A stretch of DNA of 64,000 bases from Polyangiaceae bacterium (GCA_035063585.1 JAPSGB010000007.1:64001-128000); one strand, 5' to 3'. Counted from the first letter of the stretch, positions 51,888 to 61,107 are shown. Numbers and translations: made by a program. The notes: a model not told the origin generated them from the letters alone.

Positions 51888-52784
51888 ATGGGTCGCGCTT
51901 ACGGAAAGGTCATCCTCCTCGGAGAGCACGCGGTCGTCTACGGCGTCCCCGCGATCGCCGCCGGGCTCGATCGCGGCGCCCACGCCAGGGCCACGCTCGA
52001 CGAAGCGCCCTCGCTCGTCATCGCCGGCGCGCCGGTGACCCCGAGCGACGGCAGCGAGCTCGGCCGCGCGTTCGGCGCCATCCTGGAGTCGCTCGAGGCG
52101 CCGGCGCTCCGCGTCGAGCTCGACCTCGAGCTCCCCGCTGGGTGCGGGCTCGGCGCGTCGGCCGCGATGGGCGCCGCCACCGCGCGCGCCGTGCTCGAGG
52201 CGCTCGGCCGCGACGCGACTCCGCGCGCCGTGCTCACCGCGACCGAGGCCTGGGAGCGGGTGTTTCACGGAAACCCCTCGGGCATCGACGCCGCCGCGGC
52301 CACGCTCGGCGGCTGCCTCGTCTTCTCGCGCGCCGATGGGCCGCGCGCGCTCGCGGTCGCGCGTCCTCTGAACCTCGCCATCGGCCTCGCCGGTCCTCCA
52401 GCCCCGACGCGCGCGATGGTGGAGAGCGTCGCCCGCCTGAGCGAGCGCCGGCCGGCGTTGGTGGAGAAATCACTCGAGGGGATCCGGTCCCTGGTGACGG
52501 GGGCTTGTCTTGCCATCGCGGCCGGCGACGCTGCGAGCCTGGGCAAGCTGCTCGATTTGAACCAGATGCTCTTGGCCGGCCTGCTCGTGTCCACCGAGGA
52601 GCTCGAGCTCGCGTGCCGGATCGCGCGCGAGGCGGGCGCGCTCGGTGCCAAGCTGACCGGCGCGGGCGGCGGCGGCGCCGTCGTCGCGCTCACGGGCGCG
52701 AGCCCGGAGCCGGTGCTCGAGGCATGGCGGCGGCGCGGGATCGAGGGATTTTCAGCCCGAGTAGACGCGAGCGGAGCACCATGA
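51888..52784 (+). CDS. mvk: Mevalonate kinase
   Basis: GKVILLGEHAVVYG, PAGCGLGASAA, HGNPSGID, AKLTGAGGGG. Confidence 0.95.
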   Translation: MGRAYGKVILLGEHAVVYGVPAIAAGLDRGAHARATLDEAPSLVIAGAPVTPSDGSELGRAFGAILESLEAPALRVELDLELPAGCGLGASAAMGAATARAVLEALGRDATPRAVLTATEAWERVFHGNPSGIDAAAATLGGCLVFSRADGPRALAVARPLNLAIGLAGPPAPTRAMVESVARLSERRPALVEKSLEGIRSLVTGACLAIAAGDAASLGKLLDLNQMLLAGLLVSTEELELACRIAREAGALGAKLTGAGGGGAVVALTGASPEPVLEAWRRRGIEGFSARVDASGAP

Positions 52785-53770
52785 GCGAGCCCATCGGCAG
52801 CGCGCGCGCGGTCGCGTGCTCGAACATCGCCCTCGCCAAGTACTGGGGAAAGCTAGACGTCGAGCGCAACCTGCCGGCGGTCCCGAGCCTGTCGCTCACC
52901 TTGGCCGGCATGCAGACCCGCACCCGGGTCACGTTTCACGCTGGCGCGGGGGCGGATCGCGGAACCCTCGACGGGGCCCCGCTCACCGATCGGCCGCTCG
53001 CTCGCGTGACGGCGCTCCTCGATCGGGTCCGCGCGCGCGCCACGCTCACCGGGTGGGCCGAGATCGAGACCACCAACGATTTCCCGACCGCCGCCGGGCT
53101 CGCCTCGAGCGCGTCCGGCTTCGCCGCCCTCGCGCTGGCCGCGAGCCGCGCCGCCGGGCTCGAACTGCCTCTCGAGGAGGTGAGCGCGCTCGCTCGAGCC
53201 TCGAGCGCCTCGGCGGCGCGCTCGCTCTTCGGCGGCTTCGCGGCGCTCGCGGCGGGGGCCGATCGCGCGGAGCGGGTTGCGCCGCCCGACTACTTTCCGC
53301 TGGTCATGCTGGTCGCGGTGACCCAGCGCGGCCAAAAACCAGTCGGCTCGACCGAGGGCATGCAGCTCACGGCGCAGACGAGCCCCTACTACCCGGCGTG
53401 GCTAGACCGCGCGCCGTCGCTCTTCGAGACGGCGCGCCGCGCGGTGCTCGCGCGCGACCTGCCGGCCCTCGGCGCCGCGATGGAGCAGAGCACGCTCATG
53501 ATGCACGCCTCGATGCTCGCCGCCTCACCGGCCGTCATCTACTTCGCACCTGCGACGCTCGCGGTCATCGAGCGGGTACAGAGGCTCCGCGCGGGCGGTG
53601 CGCGCGCGTGGTTCACGATGGACGCCGGACCGCACGTGAAGGTCCTGGTCGAGCCCGACCGCGCGGACGACGTGGCGGCGGAGCTCGAGGCGGTGAGCGG
53701 GGTCCAGCGGCTCATCCGCTGCGCTCCCGGCCCCGACGCGGCGCTCGTGGAGGAGGGGGCGGCGTGGTAG
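52781..53770 (+). CDS. mvaD: Diphosphomevalonate decarboxylase
   Basis: NIALAKYWGK, FPTAAGLASSASG, SAARSLFGGF, TMDAGPHVK; ATGA overlap with mvk. Confidence 0.95.
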   Translation: MSEPIGSARAVACSNIALAKYWGKLDVERNLPAVPSLSLTLAGMQTRTRVTFHAGAGADRGTLDGAPLTDRPLARVTALLDRVRARATLTGWAEIETTNDFPTAAGLASSASGFAALALAASRAAGLELPLEEVSALARASSASAARSLFGGFAALAAGADRAERVAPPDYFPLVMLVAVTQRGQKPVGSTEGMQLTAQTSPYYPAWLDRAPSLFETARRAVLARDLPALGAAMEQSTLMMHASMLAASPAVIYFAPATLAVIERVQRLRAGGARAWFTMDAGPHVKVLVEPDRADDVAAELEAVSGVQRLIRCAPGPDAALVEEGAAW

Positions 53771-54675
53771 TCGCGCGCGCGCCGGGCAAGCTCGTCATCT
53801 CTGGCGCGTACGCGGTACTCGACCGCGCGCCCGCCATCGTCACCGCGGTCGATCGCTACGTCGAGGCCGACAGCGAGCGAGCCGCCGAGTTTCTGACACC
53901 CGAGGTCGGCGTGGCGCTCGCCGGCGCGCCCGCGCCCGGCTTCGACGCCGCTGCGCTCCGCGCCGACGGGCGGAAGCTCGGGCTCGGCTCGAGCGCTGCC
54001 ATCCTGGTCGCGTCGCTCGCGGTGCGCGAGCTCGCGCGGCGACCAGGGCTCGATGATCGCGCGCTCGCGGACGCGGTGCTCGCCCCCGCCCTCGCTGCTC
54101 ATCGCCAGGCGCAGGGCGGCGGGAGCGGCGTCGACGTGGCTGCGAGCGCTCGGGGCGGGACGCTCATCGCCGCGCGCGACGGCGAGGGCCTCTCGCTCGA
54201 GGCGGCCGCCCTCCCGCCGGGGCTCGTGCTCGAGGTCTGGGCCGCCGAGCGCCCGGCGTCGACCGCCGACCTCATCCGTCGCGTGTTCGCCCTCGCGGCG
54301 CGGGACGCGTCGCTCTTTCGGCGCCTCCTCGACGCGCAGGCCGACGCCGCCGAGCGCGCCGCCGCCGCGACTCGCGCCGGTAGCGCCGAGGCCCTCCTCG
54401 ACGCGCTCGCGCGGCAGGCGAGCTGTCTCGCCCGGCTCGGCGAGGCCGCCGGCGCGCCGATCGTCACCCCGGAGGTCGCACGCCTCGGGGCTCGCGCGCG
54501 GGAGGCGGGCGCCACCGTGCTGCCCGCCGGAGCGGGCGGCGGCGACGTGGCGCTCTACGCCGGGCTCGCGCCGCCCCGACCCCAGCTGCGCGAGCTCGCG
54601 GAGACGCTCCGCCACCGCCGGCTCGACGTCACTCTCGGCGCGCGAGGAGTGCACGCCGCCCCCGAAGCGCGCTAG
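53764..54675 (+). CDS. Phosphomevalonate kinase (GHMP family)
   Basis: APGKLVISGAYAVL, KLGLGSSAA, AQGGGSGVDVAAS, GAGGGD; position inside the MVA operon. Confidence 0.88.
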   Translation: MVVARAPGKLVISGAYAVLDRAPAIVTAVDRYVEADSERAAEFLTPEVGVALAGAPAPGFDAAALRADGRKLGLGSSAAILVASLAVRELARRPGLDDRALADAVLAPALAAHRQAQGGGSGVDVAASARGGTLIAARDGEGLSLEAAALPPGLVLEVWAAERPASTADLIRRVFALAARDASLFRRLLDAQADAAERAAAATRAGSAEALLDALARQASCLARLGEAAGAPIVTPEVARLGARAREAGATVLPAGAGGGDVALYAGLAPPRPQLRELAETLRHRRLDVTLGARGVHAAPEAR

Positions 54676-54687
54676 ATCGCGGGCGCG

Positions 54688-55980
54688 ATGACCGACGGCT
54701 CGCGGATCCCTGGATTTCACAAGCTCCCTCTCGACGAGCGGCGCGCGCGCGTCTGCGAGCGTGCCGGCGTCGCCCTGGAAGAGCTGGCGCGCGCGGTCGA
54801 GGGCGGCGGGCTCGATGCGCGCGCCGCCGACAAGGTGGTCGAGAACGTACTCGGCGTCTACGGGCTGCCGTTCGGCGTCGCGCTGAACGTCCGCGTGAAC
54901 GGCGTGGATCGCCTGGTGCCGATGGTGGTCGAGGAGCCGAGCGTGATCGCCGCGGCGTCCAACGCAGCACGGATGGTCCGCGCGAGCGGCGGGTTCGAGG
55001 CGGAGATGCTCGAAGATCTGATGACCAGTCAGGTCCAGCTCTACGACGTCGCCGACCCGCGCGCGGCGCTCGAGGCGCTCACCGGCGCGGCGGACGACCT
55101 CCTCGCGCTCGGGGCCCGCGCGGTTCCGGGTCTCACCCAGCGCGGCGGCGGTCCGCGCGCGATCGAGGTGCGCGATCTCGGCGAGGGCGCGGTGGTGGTG
55201 CATGTGCTGGTGGATTGCCGCGACGCGATGGGCGCGAACCTCGTCAACACCATCGCCGAGACCATCGGGCCGCGCTGCGCGGAGCTCTCCCGAGGCAAGC
55301 TGGGGCTCAGGATCCTCTCGAACCTCTCGGATCGCCGCCGGGTCCGGGTTCGCTGCCGCGTCCGCGCGCGCGAGCTCGCGGTGCGGCGCCGCTCGCCGGG
55401 CGACGCCTCCCACGACGGCTCCGCGGTAATCGACGGGATCGTGCAGGCCTCGCGCTTCGCCGAGCTCGATCCGTACCGCGCCGCCACCCACAACAAGGGC
55501 ATCATGAACGGAGTCGACGCGGTGGTGCTCGCTACCGGCAACGACTTTCGCGCGGTCGAGGCCGGCGCCCACGCCTACGCCGCGCGGTCGGGCCGCTACT
55601 CGCCGCTCGCCACCTGGCGCCGAGACGGAGACGAGCTGCGCGGCGAGCTCGAGATGCCGCTCGCGCTCGGCACCGTCGGCGGTACACTGCGCGTCCACCC
55701 GGTGGCGCGCCTCGCGCTCGCCATCCTGGGCGTCGAGCGGGCGAGCGAGCTCTCGCTCATCGCCGCCTCGGTGGGGCTCGCCTCGAACCTGGCCGCGCTC
55801 CGCGCGCTCGCCACCGAGGGCATCCAGCGCGGGCACATGTCGCTGCACGCGCGCTCGGTGGCCGCCGCCGCGGGCGCCATGGGCGACGAGGTCGAGGCGA
55901 TCGCCGCGCTCATCGCCGACCGCGGGGCCATCACGCTCGAGGCCGCCCAGGCGGCGCTCGAGGAGCTTCGTGACGGCTGA
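54688..55980 (+). CDS. mvaA: HMG-CoA reductase, class II
   Basis: VENVLG, EEPSVIAA, DAMGAN, RAATHNKGIMNG, GIQRGHMSLH. Confidence 0.96.
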   Translation: MTDGSRIPGFHKLPLDERRARVCERAGVALEELARAVEGGGLDARAADKVVENVLGVYGLPFGVALNVRVNGVDRLVPMVVEEPSVIAAASNAARMVRASGGFEAEMLEDLMTSQVQLYDVADPRAALEALTGAADDLLALGARAVPGLTQRGGGPRAIEVRDLGEGAVVVHVLVDCRDAMGANLVNTIAETIGPRCAELSRGKLGLRILSNLSDRRRVRVRCRVRARELAVRRRSPGDASHDGSAVIDGIVQASRFAELDPYRAATHNKGIMNGVDAVVLATGNDFRAVEAGAHAYAARSGRYSPLATWRRDGDELRGELEMPLALGTVGGTLRVHPVARLALAILGVERASELSLIAASVGLASNLAALRALATEGIQRGHMSLHARSVAAAAGAMGDEVEAIAALIADRGAITLEAAQAALEELRDG

Positions 55981-56025
55981 GCCCTCGCTGCTCTCGCGGC
56001 GGCCCCGCGCTAGACTCCGCGCCTC

Positions 56026-57117
56026 ATGAAGACCCTGATGGAGCTCGTCGCCCCCGAGCTCGGCGCGCTCGGCCCGTACGTCCCGCACGCGGGCCGGTTC
56101 GCGGTACGCCTCGACGCCAACGAGGCGCCGCCCCTCTTCTCGCCGGAGACGCGCGCGCTGCTCGGCGAGGAGGCCGCCCGGTGCGCCTGGGAGCGCTACC
56201 CGGACGCGACCGCGAGCGAGCTCCGACGAGCGATCGCCACGCACGACGGCGTGACTCCCGAAGAAGTGGTGGTCGGCGTAGGCAGCGACGAGCTCATCGC
56301 GCTGCTGCTCACCGTGCTCCGCGTCCCGCGCGGCGCGGCGCCGAGCGCGCGCCTGCTCACCACCACGCCCACCTTCGTGATGTACCGGCTGAGCGCGCGA
56401 GTTCGCGGCGTCGCGGTGATGGAGGTGCCGCTCGACTCCGCCTGGGATCTCGCCGAAGAGAGCCTCACGCGCGCCGTCGAGATGTCTCCGCCGAACCTGG
56501 TGTTCATCGCCAGCCCGAACAACCCGACCGGCACCATGGCCACGCTCGAGCGCCTCGAGCGGCTGATCCAGGTCGCGGAGGGCGCGCTGGTCGTGCTCGA
56601 CGAGGCGTACATCGACTACGCGGCGAGCCCGAACGCGCAGCGCGCGCTCTATCGCAAGTACGACAACGTCGCCATCCTCCGAACCCTCTCGAAGGTCGGG
56701 TTCGCCGCGCTCCGCGTGGGCTGGCTCATCGCCGCCCCCGCGCTCTGCCGGGAGCTCGAGAAGGCGAGGCTCCCCTACAACCTCGCCACCGTCTCGCAAC
56801 GGCTCGCAACGGTGGCTCTCACGCGCCTCGCGGAGGAGCGCGCGCGTCTGGCCGCGAGCGTCATCGGCGAGCGCGAGCGCGTCACGGCGGCGCTCGGCGG
56901 GCTCGCCGGCGTCACGGCGACCCCGAGCCAGGCGAATTTCTTGTGGGTTCGCACCGAGCTCCCCGCGGGCGAGGTGTTCCAGGGCCTCGCCGAGCGCGGG
57001 ATCTTGGTGCGAAGCTTCCACGAGCGCGGCGGCCGGCTCGCCCACCAGCTCCGCGTCACCATCGGTACGCCGTCCGAGAACGACGCCTTCCTCGCGGCGC
57101 TCGCCGAGGTGACGTGA
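56026..57117 (+). CDS. hisC: Histidinol-phosphate aminotransferase
   Basis: LDANE, YPD, GSDE, SPNNPTG, DEAY, RTLSKVGFAALRVG, SQANF, LRVTIG. Confidence 0.92.
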   Translation: MKTLMELVAPELGALGPYVPHAGRFAVRLDANEAPPLFSPETRALLGEEAARCAWERYPDATASELRRAIATHDGVTPEEVVVGVGSDELIALLLTVLRVPRGAAPSARLLTTTPTFVMYRLSARVRGVAVMEVPLDSAWDLAEESLTRAVEMSPPNLVFIASPNNPTGTMATLERLERLIQVAEGALVVLDEAYIDYAASPNAQRALYRKYDNVAILRTLSKVGFAALRVGWLIAAPALCRELEKARLPYNLATVSQRLATVALTRLAEERARLAASVIGERERVTAALGGLAGVTATPSQANFLWVRTELPAGEVFQGLAERGILVRSFHERGGRLAHQLRVTIGTPSENDAFLAALAEVT

Positions 57118-58133
57118 GAGCGCGCCTGACCATCGGAGCGCTCGCGCTCGCCGCCACCCCAGCCTGCCTCGGTGGTGGCGCCGTGACGCGCGTGGTGTCG
57201 GGGGAGGTCTACGAGGGGCGCTTCATCTCACCGGAGGCCTACGCGAGCGTCGCCGAGGGGGCGCTCCTCGAGGCGCAGGGCGACTTCGCTCACGCCGAGC
57301 GCGCCTACCGGCGGGCGAGCGAGCTCGATCCCGGGAGCGCCGAGCTCTGGACGCGGCTCGGCGCGCTCGCCTGCCGCGCCCGACGCGCGGGCGCGCGCGC
57401 GGACTTCGCCCGCGCCGAGGCGCTCGACGACTCCTACGCGCCGCTCGCTCGCGAGCGCGCGCGCTGCGCCCGCGCCGAGGGGCACGCGAAGGAAGCGCTC
57501 GCGCTCGCCGAGCGCGCGTTCTCGCTCGATCCGCTGGACGAGGACACCAACCTGCTCCTCGCCGCGCTCCATGACGCTCTCGGAGACCACGCGCGGGCCG
57601 AGGCGCTCCTCCGCGGCCTCGTCTCACGCTCACCGCGCTCGCGCGCCGGTTGGCGCGCGCTCGGCGAGCTGGCCGCGCGGCGCGGCGATCGGATCACCGT
57701 CCGGGAGGCCGACGCGCGCCTGCGCGAGCTCGAGTCTCCACGCGGCCCGGCGACCGCGCTCGAGGTCGATCGGGCGCTCGGCGCGGGGGATCTGGTGGCC
57801 GCGCGGCGCGCGGCGCGGTCGGCCGGGATGAGCGCGAGCGGGCTCGCGCTCCGCGCCGTGGAGCTCGGGCACGCGTCGCTCGCGCTCGAGCAGGCGCGCC
57901 TGGTGCTCGGCGCGGACCCCGGTGATCCGGACGCGCGCGTGGCGGCCCTCCTCGCGAGCGAGCTCACCCGGGACCCCGCCGGCTTCATCGAGAGCCTGCG
58001 CGGGCTCACCGAGGCTCGGCGCGCGGTGGGCGAGCGGGCCGAGCGACTCCTCGGCGCGCTCCTCGCGCGCCGCGTCGGGCCCGACGCGGAGCGCGCGTGG
58101 CGCGACGCCGGCCGCGACGGACCGGCAGAATGA
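57114..58133 (+). CDS. TPR-repeat protein, probably a lipoprotein
   Basis: GTGA overlap with hisC; signal ...ATPAC; TPR-like AERAYRRASELDP, AERAFSLDP. Confidence 0.7.
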   Translation: MRARLTIGALALAATPACLGGGAVTRVVSGEVYEGRFISPEAYASVAEGALLEAQGDFAHAERAYRRASELDPGSAELWTRLGALACRARRAGARADFARAEALDDSYAPLARERARCARAEGHAKEALALAERAFSLDPLDEDTNLLLAALHDALGDHARAEALLRGLVSRSPRSRAGWRALGELAARRGDRITVREADARLRELESPRGPATALEVDRALGAGDLVAARRAARSAGMSASGLALRAVELGHASLALEQARLVLGADPGDPDARVAALLASELTRDPAGFIESLRGLTEARRAVGERAERLLGALLARRVGPDAERAWRDAGRDGPAE

Positions 58134-58139
58134 GCGAGC

Positions 58140-59069
58140 TCAGCGTGGCGCCGCTGGCAGGGTGGCTGGCGGGGCGGCGCCGCTCGGCGCGGACGGCGGC
58201 GGGGGCGGCGCGCCAGCGCGCGCGGCGTCGTACTTCGCGCGGTCGAACGAGATCACGAGGTCGACCCGGGCCGTCGCGGCGGACACGATGGTCACCTCCT
58301 TCTCGGTAGTTCCGAGCGTCGCCGGGAGGAACGCGCTCACCTTCACGGGGCCGGCCGGGATGCCGTCGATCCGGTACTTTCCGTCGAGGCCGGTGACGGC
58401 GAAGGTCGGGAACTTCACCACCAGCACGTCCGCGTTGATGAACGGGTGCAGCGTGTCGGTGAGGACGTATCTCCCCGGCTTGGGCGGATAGAGGTGCACG
58501 GCGTTGGAGCCGGGGATCGCGACCATCTGCGAGGCCATGCCCGCGCCGAGCAGCTCGGGCAGATAGGGCCTGCCATCGCGGCTCTTCACGTCGATGCGCT
58601 GCCCAAAGGTGAGCGCGATGGTCCGCGAGTCCCAGGCGCAACGCCGGGCCTCGACCAGTCGCTCCGGCGCGCGAGCGGGCACGAACCCCCGGTAGCCGGT
58701 CACCGCGACCATCACGTCGGCGAGCGCGCGGTCGTTGCCCTCGCGGAAGAGCTTCCCGTAGACGGCGCTGGCCGCGAGGCAATCGCGCCCGATCTTGGCG
58801 GTACTCTCCGGCTGGTCCGGCGCGGGGTCGCCCTCCACGCGGATGGTCCCCTCGAGCGCGCCGATCGGCCCCGAGTACACCGGCTCCTTGCCAGGATTGA
58901 CGACCGCGCGGATCGTCTCCTCGGGGATCGGCGCCGGGACGTTCGCCGCCTCGGCCGCGCTCGCCGAAGCCGCCGGCCCGTTCGGCGCGGTCGACCGCTT
59001 CCCGCACCCGCCAACCGAGTTGGCAGCGATGACAACCAAGGTGGCGAAGTGGGCGGTGTTCAAGCGCAT
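58140..59069 (-). CDS. Lipoprotein with cupredoxin-like and carboxypeptidase-regulatory-like domains
   Basis: Signal ...VGGC; C-terminal PGRYVL...HPF...FAVTGLDGKYRIDGIPAG. Confidence 0.7.
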   Translation of the reverse strand: MRLNTAHFATLVVIAANSVGGCGKRSTAPNGPAASASAAEAANVPAPIPEETIRAVVNPGKEPVYSGPIGALEGTIRVEGDPAPDQPESTAKIGRDCLAASAVYGKLFREGNDRALADVMVAVTGYRGFVPARAPERLVEARRCAWDSRTIALTFGQRIDVKSRDGRPYLPELLGAGMASQMVAIPGSNAVHLYPPKPGRYVLTDTLHPFINADVLVVKFPTFAVTGLDGKYRIDGIPAGPVKVSAFLPATLGTTEKEVTIVSAATARVDLVISFDRAKYDAARAGAPPPPPSAPSGAAPPATLPAAPR

Positions 59070-59170
59070 CGTCGAGCGGGCTCCTCGCCCAGAGCTAGGA
59101 CAGGGACTCTGCCGCGCGCGCGGTCAGCGCGGCAAGCGGAGATGATTCCACGGGATTCTCGTACCAGGCG

Positions 59171-59325
59171 GGTCCCCTCCACGCCAGCAAGCGTCGTGCC
59201 AGCCGAGCGCGATACTGGTTCCTCAGAAGTGGAGGCCGGCCGCCCGGCCTACACGTCGATCTCGAGCTTAGTGTCAGTCGTAGAAGCTCACCGTCCAGTC
59301 GTGTACGGTGCACGCGACAGGGGCG
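59171..59325 (+). ncRNA. Candidate structured RNA (leader or stand-alone ncRNA), family unassigned
   Basis: Long interrupted helix 59193-59218/59295-59318 enclosing two hairpins. Lies in a 283-nt gap, unusually long for this window. G-U pairs favour the + strand. Confidence 0.4.
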
Positions 59326-59352
59326 GCGGCTCTCAAGAAAGGTAGTGACGAC

Positions 59353-59916
59353 ATGATGACTCGGGGAGGCGGCGCTACGGCCGTCGGATGCACCATCCTG
59401 ATCGCGGGCGCGCTGCTCGCCTGCAAGAAGGGCTCGTCGTCGAGCTCGGGCCCGAGCTCGACCACCGCGGCGACGGCTACCGCCAGCGCGGCGGCAGCCC
59501 CGGCTGCGCCCACCGACAAGATCTACAAGGAGGGCGAGACCGCGACGGCGACCGACTACAAGCTGACGCTCGAGAAGGTCGAGGAGTGCAAGCCCAAGTC
59601 CGTCTACTTCAAGCCCAAGAAGGGAACCATCTGGCTCGGCGCTCAGGTCACCATCCAGTCGACCACGAGCAAGACGACGTACCCGAGCTCGGCGAACTTC
59701 AAGATCACCGACGGTGAGGGCGTCGTCCACAACGTAAGCTACAGCTCATCCAAGAATTGCGATCCGGCGCTCAGCGGCTCGCAGCTCGCGCAGGGCGAGA
59801 AGCTCAAGGGCTGGGTCATCTTCGAGCTCCCCACGGCCGCGAGCGGCCTGAAGCTCACCTACAATCCCATCTCGTTCGGGCAGCCGCAGACCTCGAAGTT
59901 CGACCTCGGGCGCTGA
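59353..59916 (+). CDS. DUF4352-like Ig-fold lipoprotein, paralog 1
   Basis: Lipobox LLAC, Ser/Thr/Ala linker, LAQGEKLKGWVIFELP...LKLTY. Confidence 0.8.
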   Translation: MMTRGGGATAVGCTILIAGALLACKKGSSSSSGPSSTTAATATASAAAAPAAPTDKIYKEGETATATDYKLTLEKVEECKPKSVYFKPKKGTIWLGAQVTIQSTTSKTTYPSSANFKITDGEGVVHNVSYSSSKNCDPALSGSQLAQGEKLKGWVIFELPTAASGLKLTYNPISFGQPQTSKFDLGR

Positions 59917-59920
59917 CCGC

Positions 59921-60388
59921 ATGCCGCGCCTCCGCCTCGCCGTGCTCGCGGCGGCGCTCCTCGCGCTCGCGGCGTGCGAGCCGAGCTCCGCGGGCGCGGC
60001 GGCGAACGGCTCCCGCGACGGCGTGGCGGGCACCGGCTACCTGCTTCGCGTGCGCGGGACCCGAGAGTGCGCGCCGACCGCGCTCTATCCGGCGCCGCGC
60101 AGCCGCCGCTGGGTGGGCGTCGAGCTCGAGCTCGAGGCGACCGGCGCGCACGCGGTGCCCGCGAGCTTCTACTACGCGCGCGTGGTCGACTCCGCGGGGC
60201 GAAGCTACGAGAGCGCGCCCGGGCCGTGCGCCCCACCGCTTCGGCACGCGCCGCTCACGCGCGGCGCACGCGCGCTCGGCTGGGCGAGCTTCGCGATCGA
60301 CACGCAGGCGACCGGGCTCGAGCTCCGTTTCGCGCCCCGCCTGCCGGTGGCGCCCAGCGAAGAGCTCAGGCTCGCGCTCGGCTCGTGA
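59921..60388 (+). CDS. DUF4352-like lipoprotein, paralog 2
   Basis: Lipobox LAAC; WVGVELEL, LTRGARALGWASFAI...LELRF. Confidence 0.72.
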   Translation: MPRLRLAVLAAALLALAACEPSSAGAAANGSRDGVAGTGYLLRVRGTRECAPTALYPAPRSRRWVGVELELEATGAHAVPASFYYARVVDSAGRSYESAPGPCAPPLRHAPLTRGARALGWASFAIDTQATGLELRFAPRLPVAPSEELRLALGS

Positions 60389-60433
60389 CGGGCGCGCGCC
60401 CGGCCGCCGCGGGCTAGACTCCTCCGGGTTCGC

Positions 60434-61045
60434 GTGACGCTAGTGCTCCCCTCTCCGGCCAACCCTCGCAGGGTCGCGCTCGTCGCGCTCGGCGCGCTCG
60501 TCGCGCTCGGCGCGCTCGGCGGCGGGTGCAAACGCGCCGCCCGGCGTTCCCCAGCGGACGCGCCGAGCGCGAGCGCCGCGCCGGTCGCGCCTCCTCGGCC
60601 GGTCCCCGCCGCCGTCGACTCCGCGCCCGCCGCGCGCGTCGAGCCCGGTGCGGTCGACACTCACGCCCCCGGGGAGGCGGTCACCCTGCCCGACTACCGC
60701 ATCACCGTGCTCGACGTGAAGGAGTGCAAGCCGCGGAGCTACTACCGCCCGCGCGAGGGCAACCGCTGGCTCGGCGTCGAGCTCTCCATCGAGGCGACCA
60801 CCGAACGCGAGGTCCGCACGAGCCCGTTCTTCGCCCGAATCATCGACCGCGAGGGGCAAGGACACTCGGCCACCTTCGACGGCTGCAAGCCCGAGCTCCG
60901 CGCGAGCCGGCTGTCGAAGGGCGACCGCGTGAAGGGCTACGTCACCTTCGAGGTGCCCGCGTCGGACACCGCGCTCCGCCTCGAATACGATCCGTTCGTC
61001 ATCGGCGGGGGCAAGCAACCAGTGGCGTTCCTGGTCGGGCGCTGA
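60434..61045 (+). CDS. DUF4352-like lipoprotein, paralog 3
   Basis: Signal ...LGGGC; WLGVELSI, LSKGDRVKGYVTFEVP...LRLEY. Confidence 0.78.
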   Translation: MTLVLPSPANPRRVALVALGALVALGALGGGCKRAARRSPADAPSASAAPVAPPRPVPAAVDSAPAARVEPGAVDTHAPGEAVTLPDYRITVLDVKECKPRSYYRPREGNRWLGVELSIEATTEREVRTSPFFARIIDREGQGHSATFDGCKPELRASRLSKGDRVKGYVTFEVPASDTALRLEYDPFVIGGGKQPVAFLVGR

Positions 61046-61107
61046 CCCGAGCGGGCCGCGAAGGCAGGTGGGAGGTCGGGGCGGCGCGGCCGGCGGCGCG
61101 GCGCGCG

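Noticed and set aside
41132..55980. Archaeal-type ether lipid pathway (MVA + prenyl synthase + GGR)
   Set aside because: No GGGP synthase, UbiA-type DGGGP synthase, G1P dehydrogenase or CarS is recognisable in the window.
49586..55980. Terpene or carotenoid secondary-metabolite cluster
   Set aside because: No terpene cyclase, phytoene/squalene synthase or aromatic prenyltransferase is seen.
53539..57045. 1168-aa minus-strand ORF
   Set aside because: Antisense shadow of pmk, mvaA and hisC. It has no motifs, and long stop-free antisense frames are expected at this GC content.
59171..59325. Hammerhead ribozyme, ZTP riboswitch, SRP RNA, tmRNA or retron msr-msd
   Set aside because: The minus-strand CTGAGGA is not followed by a stem plus GAAA. 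ZTP, SRP and tmRNA consensus motifs are incomplete or absent. No reverse transcriptase is in the window.
60478..60520. 18-bp tandem repeat (gcgctcgtcgcgctcggc)
   Set aside because: It encodes the ALVALG repeat in a signal peptide. Ordinary low-complexity slippage.
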